Below, in pieces: positions 37,994-45,686 of a stretch of DNA of 59,099 nt. This DNA comes from Candidatus Nomurabacteria bacterium (GTDB taxonomy: Bacteria; Patescibacteriota; Minisyncoccia; Phycocordibacterales; UBA9973), in assembly GCA_943348755.1 (NCBI GenBank), contig CALQYS010000004.1, positions 1 to 59,099 of the forward strand, in the 5' to 3' direction. The position numbers and the translations under genes were made by a program. The notes under the pieces are model-generated. The model had not been told where the DNA came from and searched no databases. It saw nothing but the letters and a program-made list of their open reading frames with translations. Every line of letters starts with the position of its first letter. Position 1 is the first letter of the stretch.

Positions 37994-39223
37994 ATGAAAA
38001 GTGAATCTTTCAAAAAAATAAAACTACCTGATACGCCCGGAGTGTACTTTTTCCGCAAGGGAAAGGATATTTTATATATCGGCAAAGCGACTTCATTGCG
38101 TGAGCGCACCAAAAGTTATTTTGCAAAGGATTTATTCAATACTCGTGGGCCGCTCATTATTGATATGGTTGTCAAAGCGGGCAAACTCGACTGGCAAGAA
38201 ACAGAAAGCGTGCTCGAAGCTCTTATCTTAGAAGCTGAACTTATAAAAAAGCATCAGCCCTACTACAACACTAGAGAAAAAGACAATAAAAGCTTCAATG
38301 TCGTATGTATTACAAAAGAAGTCTTTCCAAAAGTATTAGTTTTAAGAGAAAGGGGGCTAAGGTTTGGATTGCAAGAAGAAAATGCTACAAAATTCCAAGC
38401 AAAATATGGGCCATTTACGAATGGTTTACAGCTCCGAGAAGCAATGAAAATCATTCGTCGCATTTTTCCTTATCTTGATTCAAAATCTGCCCAGCCTGAC
38501 AATTTTGAGTTTTATCGACAGATAGGTCTCGCGCCAGATATAGGGACAAAGGAAGCGCAAATTGCCTATGGCAACAACATAAAAAATCTGAAGCTGTTTT
38601 TTCAGGGCAAGAAAAAAAGAGTTGTTTCTAATTTTAAAAAAGAAATGGTGGCGTATGCAAAAAATAAAGAATTCGAGTTGGCGAATGAGATGAAAAAAAG
38701 AATTTTTGCACTCACTCATATAAATGACATCGCTCTTTTGAAAAATGATGTTCAGTTGAATAAAAATTCATTCCGAATTGAAGCTTATGACATCGCTCAT
38801 ATGGGAGGAAAAAATATGGTGGGGGTTATGACGGTGGTGGAAGACGGAGAAGCTGTAAAAAGCGAGTACAAGAAATTCAAGATCAGGACTCAATCTGATG
38901 CAAATGACACTGGGGCGCTCAGGGAAGTTCTGGAGAGGCGTTTGGCACATACAGAATGGCCCTATCCAGCTCTTATCGTCGTGGACGGCGGTACGGCTCA
39001 GATAAACATTGCTAAAATGTCCCTAAAGATTGCGGATGTTAATATTCCCATTGTTTCTGTGTTGAAAGATGAGACACATAAGCCGAAGGACATTATGGGC
39101 GATAAAGATTTTGCAGTAAAATATAAAAGAGAAATCTTGCTCGCAAATAGCGAAGCGCATCGTTTCGCCATCGCTTATCATAAAAAAATGCGGAATAAAA
39201 ATTTCTTAAATATTGAAAAATGA
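37994..39223 (+). CDS. uvrC: excinuclease ABC subunit C (short form, no evident C-terminal HhH2 domain)
   Basis: GIY-YIG (GVYFF...ILYIGKA), UVR motif, endonuclease region YDIAHMGG ... VVDGGTAQ ... EAHRFAI. Only 409 aa. Confidence 0.85.
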   Translation: MKSESFKKIKLPDTPGVYFFRKGKDILYIGKATSLRERTKSYFAKDLFNTRGPLIIDMVVKAGKLDWQETESVLEALILEAELIKKHQPYYNTREKDNKSFNVVCITKEVFPKVLVLRERGLRFGLQEENATKFQAKYGPFTNGLQLREAMKIIRRIFPYLDSKSAQPDNFEFYRQIGLAPDIGTKEAQIAYGNNIKNLKLFFQGKKKRVVSNFKKEMVAYAKNKEFELANEMKKRIFALTHINDIALLKNDVQLNKNSFRIEAYDIAHMGGKNMVGVMTVVEDGEAVKSEYKKFKIRTQSDANDTGALREVLERRLAHTEWPYPALIVVDGGTAQINIAKMSLKIADVNIPIVSVLKDETHKPKDIMGDKDFAVKYKREILLANSEAHRFAIAYHKKMRNKNFLNIEK

Positions 39224-39699
39224 AAACCACCAAACAAAACATTTTAATACTGCATGACATACGAAGCGTGGAAAATGTGGGCGCGATGTTTCGCACGGCT
39301 GATGCTGCGGGGATAGATAAAATTTATCTGACGGGCTACACACCTGCACCACTCGATCGTTTCGGCAGAAAGAGGGGAGATTTAGCAAAGTCAGCTCTTG
39401 GTGCTGAAGAATTTGTGCTTTGGGAACAAAAGAAAAGTACTGCTACGCTTTTGAACAACCTAAAAAGAGACGGTTTTTATATTATTGCCATAGAACAAGA
39501 CGAAAAATCTATGGATTACAAGAAAGTTAAACTAGGTCCCAAAAATGTTTTCATCGTTGGTACAGAAGTCACGGGTATACCTAAAAATATTTTAAAAAAG
39601 TGCGACATCATCGCCGAAATTCCAATGCGAGGAAAGAAGGAATCGCTCAATGTCTCTGTGGCTTGCGGTGTGGCACTATTTAGAATACTAGATCTATAA
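39220..39699 (+). CDS. SpoU/TrmH-family RNA 2'-O-methyltransferase
   Basis: NVGAMFRTADAAG and the C-terminal knot region ESLNVSVACGVALF. Confidence 0.7.
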   Translation: MKTTKQNILILHDIRSVENVGAMFRTADAAGIDKIYLTGYTPAPLDRFGRKRGDLAKSALGAEEFVLWEQKKSTATLLNNLKRDGFYIIAIEQDEKSMDYKKVKLGPKNVFIVGTEVTGIPKNILKKCDIIAEIPMRGKKESLNVSVACGVALFRILDL

Positions 39700-39733
39700 A
39701 AAGAGAAATATCAAAATTTATAAAGCAATCTGT

Positions 39734-39802
39734 CTGGCGAAGCTTCGCCAGCGAACTGCTCGTCTCTCAAGAAAATAATAGTAGGATTACCTACTTTATT
39801 TT
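39734..39802. terminator. two hairpins between the convergent trmH-like and fpg genes (bidirectional terminators)
   Basis: Perfect 18-bp palindrome CTGGCGAAGCTTCGCCAG, plus AAAATAATAGTAGG-ATTA-CCTACTTTATTTT. Confidence 0.5.
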
Positions 39803-39845
39803 CTAAGCTCCTGCGCAAGGCTTTCTAAATCTTATATTTCCTTTT

Positions 39846-40745
39846 CTATTTCTGGCATTTAGGGCAAAATATAGTCGTTCTGGTTTGAATTATTATTTTT
39901 TGAAGTGGTTTGCCGCAATTCTCGCACATTTTTCCTGCTTTGCCATACACTTTATGTTCTCTGGCGTAGTTGCCACGTGTTTCATCCAAAAGTCTATAAG
40001 TAGCCACAGAAGAACCGCCAACTTTTATTGCTCGCTTCATAATGCGAATTATTGCCTTGTATAATTTTCCAGTCTCTTCACTAGAGAGGGAAGATGCACT
40101 TCTGTCTGGGCGGATGTGCGCTTCAAATAAACTTTCATCCGCATAAATATTCCCTAAGCCAGTCACTATTTTTTGATCCATTAATACTGCTTTTATTTTA
40201 CCTCTTTTGTTTTGCAGAGCATTAAAAAAGTATTTAGGAGTAAATTCATGCGAGAGTGGCTCAACACCCAATAAACCAAAATGATTTTTAGACTCAAACA
40301 ATTTTATGTCTTTATAATAGAGAAGATAACCAAACATGCGGGTGTCATTATAGAAAAGATTTCCACGCTCAAGTTTAAAAAGCACGTGCGTGTGTTTATT
40401 CGGAAGTCTTTTTTCAGAAAGTTCAATGGGGTGACCGCCTTCAACTATTTTCTTACTGTCATTTGCCTGATACACAAATTGTCCAGACATTTTTAAATGT
40501 ACCAAGATAATTTTCTCGTGGCTTAATTTAAAAATAAGATTTTTAGCGCGTCGTTCTACTCCTGTAAAATGTTCTCCTATAATGCCTTTAATAAATTCTG
40601 ATTTCTTTTTCTCTGATGCTGTGCGCAGAGTCCCATTTCCGGAAACAAGTTTTGGTTTCTTCACTTCTACTCGAAGAATTTTTTGTTCGACTATTGCTCG
40701 TTCAAGACCTCGTCTCAAGTTTTCTACTTCAGGAAGCTCAGGCAT
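39846..40745 (-). CDS. mutM: formamidopyrimidine-DNA glycosylase
   Basis: MPELPEVE N-terminus and a C-terminal zinc finger CENCG...CPKCQ. Confidence 0.9.
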   Translation of the reverse strand: MPELPEVENLRRGLERAIVEQKILRVEVKKPKLVSGNGTLRTASEKKKSEFIKGIIGEHFTGVERRAKNLIFKLSHEKIILVHLKMSGQFVYQANDSKKIVEGGHPIELSEKRLPNKHTHVLFKLERGNLFYNDTRMFGYLLYYKDIKLFESKNHFGLLGVEPLSHEFTPKYFFNALQNKRGKIKAVLMDQKIVTGLGNIYADESLFEAHIRPDRSASSLSSEETGKLYKAIIRIMKRAIKVGGSSVATYRLLDETRGNYAREHKVYGKAGKMCENCGKPLQKIIIQTRTTIFCPKCQK

Positions 40746-40746
40746 T

Positions 40747-41319
40747 TTATTTTCTCCCTAGTATTTTTAACGCCTCTCGGATTTTGGTGTTGGTGTCTGC
40801 ACTAGGAGAGACTTCTTTTAGTGCATCGCGTGCATCATTTTGTGAGTAGCCAAGAGCTTTCAGGGCTTCGAGTGCATCTAGTTCATCTCGGAGTGAACCC
40901 TCTCTATTGTTATTTTCTTTGCCTACTTTGTCGCGGAGTTCGATGACTATCTTTTCCGCCGTCTTTTTACCTATGCCAGATATTTTTGTTAAATATGAAG
41001 TGTCTCCAGTACCTATTGCCTTGCGGAGTGTCTCTATCGAGGTGACTCCGAGGATAGTCAAAGCTCCCTTTGGCCCGATACCGGACACACTGATAAGCAT
41101 TTCGAAAAATTCTAGTTCCGCGTATTCGAGGAAACCGTATAAGTCTAAAGCATCTTCACGTACATGGGTATGAATCCATAGCATTACATCTTCACCCACT
41201 TTTTTCGCCTTAGAAAGTGTGTCAGTGGATGCGTTTATTTTGTATCCAACTCCAGCTGCTTCCACAACTAGGAATTTATCCTTTTTAAGGACTATTTTGC
41301 CTTTTATGCTTCCGATCAT
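40747..41319 (-). CDS. ruvA: Holliday junction DNA helicase RuvA
   Basis: MIGSIKGKIV start and HhH motifs SGIGPKGA / ISGIGKKTAEKI. Start moved to the internal Met. Confidence 0.9.
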   Translation of the reverse strand: MIGSIKGKIVLKKDKFLVVEAAGVGYKINASTDTLSKAKKVGEDVMLWIHTHVREDALDLYGFLEYAELEFFEMLISVSGIGPKGALTILGVTSIETLRKAIGTGDTSYLTKISGIGKKTAEKIVIELRDKVGKENNNREGSLRDELDALEALKALGYSQNDARDALKEVSPSADTNTKIREALKILGRK

Positions 41320-41560
41320 GCTTTTATTGTACAGTAATATGGACATTACAGTGATTGACAAAAAGCACTAATAGGTGTATAATTTAAAGATAAGTTCTTT
41401 TAAATTGCGATTTCGCCATAGCAGAAAGTAGCTTGATTTAGTTACGCTATTCTCTGCTACGGCGAAACACTTAATTCTTCAACAATCTTTGGCGGGCTCA
41501 ATTTTAATTGGGGCGTACAAAGAATGAGGAAAAAAGTGCGTTAACCCGCAGTAAACTAAC

Positions 41561-42322
41561 ATGAGCACTAACACACAGGCTGCGATGGTGGCGATCCTTC
41601 AAGGGGTTAACCTGAATGACTCGCGCATGGACACACAAACGCTTCAAGCAATTGTTGATGCGCAAAAGCAAGGTCGGCTCAAGGGCCCTTTAACGGACTG
41701 GTTCGCCACGCAACAGTGGAATCAGGGCAAGTTCTCTGCCCGCGCCAAGTTCGTCGTCAACACTGGTTCCAAAGCGAAAGTGAAGATCTCATGTCTGGGA
41801 GACAACTTCCAGGCATGGCATCTTAGTTCCGTCGAGGAGTATATCCCGACGGAAGAACTCACCTACTTCATCTTGGAAAACGCCATGGATGACAGTGAAA
41901 TCATCGCCAAGCTTGGCGGTGTCGCCAAGTCTATCACCTCGCTCGGCGAGATTTACCTCAGGATGGAGCATCAGCCGCACGGGCCGAAAAGCCCCGCCGG
42001 CGATATGCTCACTGATGGTTCCGCCAACATCTTCTACGTGCCTCAGGCCGTGGATAAGGTGGATGACAACCATTTCAGTTACGTCGGTTCCGACGGCCAG
42101 ACCACCAAGATCATCCACGAGGAGTTGAAAGACTCCCAATGCCTCTTCAAGGTCGGTGATCAGTGGTTCGTGCTCCGCGCGGTCCGCGTCTTCTGGCATG
42201 TCGACGGTTGGTACGTCCTTGCCTTCTCCGTTGAGTTTCCGTACGGTTGGTATGCCGGCTCTCGGGTGTTCTCTCGCAATTCACTCAAATCCTCAGTTCC
42301 TCAGGAAAAAGCTGTAAGCTGA
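41561..42322 (+). CDS. DGR target (variable) protein
   Basis: 253-aa ORF, visibly GC-richer than its neighbours. The C-terminal approx 38 codons form the VR. Confidence 0.8.
   Translation: MSTNTQAAMVAILQGVNLNDSRMDTQTLQAIVDAQKQGRLKGPLTDWFATQQWNQGKFSARAKFVVNTGSKAKVKISCLGDNFQAWHLSSVEEYIPTEELTYFILENAMDDSEIIAKLGGVAKSITSLGEIYLRMEHQPHGPKSPAGDMLTDGSANIFYVPQAVDKVDDNHFSYVGSDGQTTKIIHEELKDSQCLFKVGDQWFVLRAVRVFWHVDGWYVLAFSVEFPYGWYAGSRVFSRNSLKSSVPQEKAVS
42167..42279 (+). repeat. DGR variable region (VR)
   Basis: Aligns without gaps to 42657-42769. By my count all 20 mismatches fall where the template has A. Confidence 0.85.
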
Positions 42323-42344
42323 TCCTTGGAAACTGGGAAACTTT

Positions 42345-42385
42345 GACACTTTGTTCGCTTCGGCGGGCCGAGTGTCTTTTGTTTT
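42345..42385 (+). terminator. hairpin plus T-run downstream of the DGR target gene
   Basis: GACACT...CGC-TTCG-GCG...AGTGTC followed by TTTTGTTTT. Confidence 0.5.
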
Positions 42386-42656
42386 AAATTACTAATTTAG
42401 TATAATCTTTTCAAATCATGCATTACACGATGGTTACGGCTCTTGTGTCATGGTTTCAAGAAATTTTTTATGAGAGTTGTGTCGGACCCAGTGTTTTTTA
42501 TCTTACACAAGAGTATAAATATTTTCTTCAAAAAATAACAATAATTGGTGCATGAGACTGGTGGATTTTTAGGTCTTAAATAAAATACAGCACGATCTTT
42601 TATATTAATGTGTTCAGATCGGCAGTGGCACTGATGGTCTCATGTACGATAACGCT

Positions 42657-42769
42657 TTCGTGCTCCGCGCGGTCAACGTCAACTGGAATGACGACGGTTG
42701 GAACGTCAATGCCAACTCCGTTGAGAATCCGAACAGTTGGAATGCCGGCAATCAGGTGTTCTCTCGAAA
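42657..42769 (+). repeat. DGR template region (TR)
   Basis: Adenine-rich copy of the VR (many AAC/AAT codons in the VR frame), 490 bp downstream of the VR. Confidence 0.85.
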
Positions 42770-42785
42770 CTATTGTTTTTCTCCT

Positions 42786-43163
42786 CTACGAGCGTGGAGG
42801 AGTTTTCTTTTCCAGTCCTTTCTTCCAGCCCCCAAGCATTCTGCCGATCTCATCTAAGTGTCCTGAAAGGGTAGAGTATTTTTCATTTGGAACACATTTA
42901 TTTTCCCATGCTATCTGTAGAAAGAATTTAATACCATCAAGTTTAGAGATTGCTATGACGAGCCGAGGTATTTTGGTTTCCGGCGGGAGATAAATCGAGA
43001 TAAATATGTTTTCTAAAAGACCGAGAAAATAATCTTCTATTTTTCCTCCCAAAACATAGCGATGAGCCTTTGGGAAATCATTATATATTTTAAACCAAAA
43101 AGAGTAGGCGGTTTTTGTTTTTAGAAGCGCTGAAGGCGCTGTGGGGGGGGGTCCGGGAATCAT
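42786..43163 (-). CDS. avd: Avd-like four-helix-bundle protein (23S rRNA intervening-sequence protein family)
   Basis: KTAYSFWFKIYNDFPKAHRYVLGGKIED ... LDEIGRMLGGW pattern. About 125 aa, adjacent to TR and RT. Confidence 0.7.
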   Translation of the reverse strand: MIPGPPPTAPSALLKTKTAYSFWFKIYNDFPKAHRYVLGGKIEDYFLGLLENIFISIYLPPETKIPRLVIAISKLDGIKFFLQIAWENKCVPNEKYSTLSGHLDEIGRMLGGWKKGLEKKTPPRS

Positions 43164-44196
43164 GAAACAATTTATTCATACATACGATACTATCATAACC
43201 ATAGAAAAACTGCTTAAGGCTTGGCAGGAATTTTTGCGTGACAAGAAAAACAGAAAAGATGTGATACTTTTTCAAGCTAGATTGATGGATAATATATTTG
43301 ATCTCTTTAATGACTTAAAAAACAAAACTTACAAACATGATGGATACTTCGCTTTTAACATATCCGACCCGAAACCGAGACAAATACACAAGGCGACCGT
43401 CCGGGATAGGCTCCTTCATCATTTGATATATCAAGAACTATACGAATATTTTGATACTAAATTTATTTTTGATTCTTACTCCTGCCGAATAGACAAAGGC
43501 ACCCACAAAGCCATAGACAGATTCCGATATTTCTTCCGTAAAGTCTCCAAAAACAATACAAAAACGTGTTTTGTCTTAAAATGCGACATCAGAAAATTCT
43601 TTGCGAATATTGACCATGCCATCTTAAAGAAAATACTATCAAAGGGCACCTTTGACACAGATACGCTTTGGCTATTAGAGCAGGTGATAGACAGCTTTTC
43701 TAGTAACCCCATAGGCAAGACCTATGGGGTACAGCCAAATGTTACAAACTCTGCTATCGCAGAAAATGTAACAAAAGGTTTACCACTAGGGAATCTCACT
43801 TCTCAGCTTTTGGTAAATATCTACATGAATGAATTTGATCATTTTATGAAAAGAGAGCTGAAAGTGAAATATTACATAAGATACGCGGATGATTTTGTTA
43901 TATTAAGCGATAGTAAAGATTATCTTGAAGAATTACTGCCAAAGATTTCTTTGTTTCTGAGCGAAAATTTAAAACTATCTCTGCATCCCGATAAGGTTTT
44001 CATTAAGACTTTTGCCTCGGGTGTAGATTTCTTGGGTTGGGTGCATTTTCCAGAGCATCGAGTTTTGCGGACGAGCACCAAAAGGAGAATGATGAAGAAT
44101 ATAAGCAAAGATTCGAAACCAGAAACTATACAATCGTATCTAGGGTTAATTAAGCATGGGAATGGGTATAAATTAGGAGAAAAGATAAAAAGTTGA
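43162..44196 (+). CDS. DGR-type reverse transcriptase
   Basis: LPLGNLTSQLLVNIYM (I/LGxxxSQ motif) and IRYADDFVIL. The ATG at 43162 is preferred over the GTG at 43141. Confidence 0.9.
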   Translation: MKQFIHTYDTIITIEKLLKAWQEFLRDKKNRKDVILFQARLMDNIFDLFNDLKNKTYKHDGYFAFNISDPKPRQIHKATVRDRLLHHLIYQELYEYFDTKFIFDSYSCRIDKGTHKAIDRFRYFFRKVSKNNTKTCFVLKCDIRKFFANIDHAILKKILSKGTFDTDTLWLLEQVIDSFSSNPIGKTYGVQPNVTNSAIAENVTKGLPLGNLTSQLLVNIYMNEFDHFMKRELKVKYYIRYADDFVILSDSKDYLEELLPKISLFLSENLKLSLHPDKVFIKTFASGVDFLGWVHFPEHRVLRTSTKRRMMKNISKDSKPETIQSYLGLIKHGNGYKLGEKIKS

Positions 44197-44227
44197 TTTT
44201 TTAAAGGTTTTCTGTTAGATTATATCC

Positions 44228-44479
44228 ATGCCAATTACACAATCAGCTAAAAAAGCAGTCCGAGGTTCCTTGCGAAAGAAGGCTTTTAATGACAGCCGCA
44301 AGCGAGCTATGAAGGAAGTAATCAAGAAAATCGAGAAAATCTCTAAGACAGACAAGAAAGAAGCTCTAAAGATGCTTAGTTCTGCTTTTGCTATTATCGA
44401 CAAAGCAGCTCAGAAGAACGTCATCAAGAAAAACAACGCTGCTCGCAAGAAAGCTCGCTTGGCCAGATTAACTAAGTAA
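44228..44479 (+). CDS. rpsT: 30S ribosomal protein S20
   Basis: MPITQSAKKAVRGSLRKKAFN... Basic, 83 aa. Confidence 0.9.
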   Translation: MPITQSAKKAVRGSLRKKAFNDSRKRAMKEVIKKIEKISKTDKKEALKMLSSAFAIIDKAAQKNVIKKNNAARKKARLARLTK

Positions 44480-44482
44480 ATA

Positions 44483-44755
44483 ATGAGCCACCTTTTAGAA
44501 TTTTATGGAACAGAATGCCCACATTGTGTGAGTATGCATGAACTCGTGGAGAAGTTAGAAAAAGAAGAGGGAATAAAAATAGAAAGTATTGAAGTCTGGC
44601 ACAACAAGGAGAACGAAAAGCGTCTATTAGAAATCGATAAGGATATGTGTGGCGGAGTGCCTTTTTTCTACAATACAGAAACCAAGAAATTCATCTGCGG
44701 ATCAGACAGCTACTATAATCTAAAGAAATGGGCGAAGGGTGAACCGTTTAGCTAA
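44483..44755 (+). CDS. thioredoxin-fold (glutaredoxin-like) small protein
   Basis: CPHC redox motif near the N-terminus and GGVPFF later in the sequence. Confidence 0.6.
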   Translation: MSHLLEFYGTECPHCVSMHELVEKLEKEEGIKIESIEVWHNKENEKRLLEIDKDMCGGVPFFYNTETKKFICGSDSYYNLKKWAKGEPFS

Positions 44756-44761
44756 TAAAAT

Positions 44762-44789
44762 AAAAAACCACCCATAAGGGTGGTTTTTT
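44762..44789. terminator. bidirectional intrinsic terminator
   Basis: AAAAAACCACCC-ATAA-GGGTGGTTTTTT between convergent genes. Confidence 0.7.
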
Positions 44790-44802
44790 ATTGAAGTCAG
44801 TA

Positions 44803-45000
44803 TTACGCGCGTTGCACGTTTACTGCATTCAAGCCTTTTGGAGATTGCTCTGTTTCGAAAGAAACAGTATCACCTTCCTTAAGCTCGTCAAAAGTTACGC
44901 CAACTAGAGAGTTGCTATGAAAGAATAAATCTTTCTGTAGTCCTTCTCCAGTAATGAAGCCGAAACCTTTATCAGTGAGTCTTTTTATTGTACCAGTCAT
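44803..45000 (-). CDS. cspA: cold-shock protein
   Basis: KGFGFI (RNP1) and FFHSN (RNP2-like). 65 aa. Confidence 0.9.
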   Translation of the reverse strand: MTGTIKRLTDKGFGFITGEGLQKDLFFHSNSLVGVTFDELKEGDTVSFETEQSPKGLNAVNVQRA

Positions 45001-45123
45001 TGATTTGATTAGTTAAGTTGTTAAATTACAAATAAGTTATATAAGAAATCGACTCTTTTCGCACCTACTTTGTCTCATAAGTATATCATAAAGTGACCTA
45101 TTTTGTCAACTCAACCTGAATTT

Positions 45124-45570
45124 CTATTCTGGGATCTCAGCATCCGTCTGTTCTTGTTCTGTAACTGGTTTTGGAAATTTAGCTCGGCAGTCAGCCAAGA
45201 GGTTCTGGGTATAAGGAAGAATCCCTGGATCTACTGTAAGCTTATAAATTGCTTTTTCCATATGCGGTATTGAAGGATCTCCTGGTGCATCTATTTTCAT
45301 CTCATCCAATGAGTTTCTTAATTGCCTGACCACATCCTCTAAACGATCAACTTGGGCTTGTAATTTTGCACACTTGTCTTCTGCCTCAGTGGCAGTGTTT
45401 TTCACTTCAGGAGCTTTAGATGAAAATAATTTTGTAAAAAAGGACGAAACTGCCGAACTTTGATTGTTGTAATTTCCGTCAGGTAAGGTTTTTCTACTGA
45501 TTTGGAGACCAACTAACACAAGAAGAACTATAACCACTACGATTGTTAAAAGTGTCTTTATGTTTTTCAT
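45124..45570 (-). CDS. membrane-anchored hypothetical protein (coiled-coil)
   Basis: N-terminal TM helix LLTIVVVIVLLVLVGL. Confidence 0.5.
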   Translation of the reverse strand: MKNIKTLLTIVVVIVLLVLVGLQISRKTLPDGNYNNQSSAVSSFFTKLFSSKAPEVKNTATEAEDKCAKLQAQVDRLEDVVRQLRNSLDEMKIDAPGDPSIPHMEKAIYKLTVDPGILPYTQNLLADCRAKFPKPVTEQEQTDAEIPE

Positions 45571-45686
45571 ACCCCGTATTATAACATATCGATTGAGTGT
45601 TTAATAGCCAGTTTTGTCTATAGCGAGACAATTAAAACATTACATCAATCTTTTTACTTTCTATTTTAGCTCAAATAAGCTAGTCT

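Larger units (their letters stand above)
41561..44196 (+). mobile_element. diversity-generating retroelement cassette (target-VR, TR, inverted avd, RT)
   Basis: VR/TR pair with adenine-only mismatches, plus an Avd-like gene and an RT with the LGxxxSQ and YADD motifs. Confidence 0.85.

Noticed and set aside
41789-42199. 136-aa minus-strand ORF and 79-aa plus-strand ORF inside the DGR target gene
   Set aside because: Long alternative-frame ORFs are expected in a GC-rich segment. The sense ORF carrying the VR explains the region.
42610-42993. Plus-strand ORFs (127 aa and 71 aa, 42642-42857) covering the DGR template region
   Set aside because: They are just the TR read in the VR frame, or a shifted frame, running on into the antisense of avd. 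The Asn-rich translation mirrors the VR. There is no independent coding evidence.
43141-44196. Retron or group II intron interpretation of the reverse transcriptase
   Set aside because: An adjacent VR/TR pair with adenine-specific mismatches, an Avd-like gene and the LGxxxSQ motif all point to a DGR. No intron RNA domains, maturase/endonuclease domains or msr/msd-like inverted repeats were seen.
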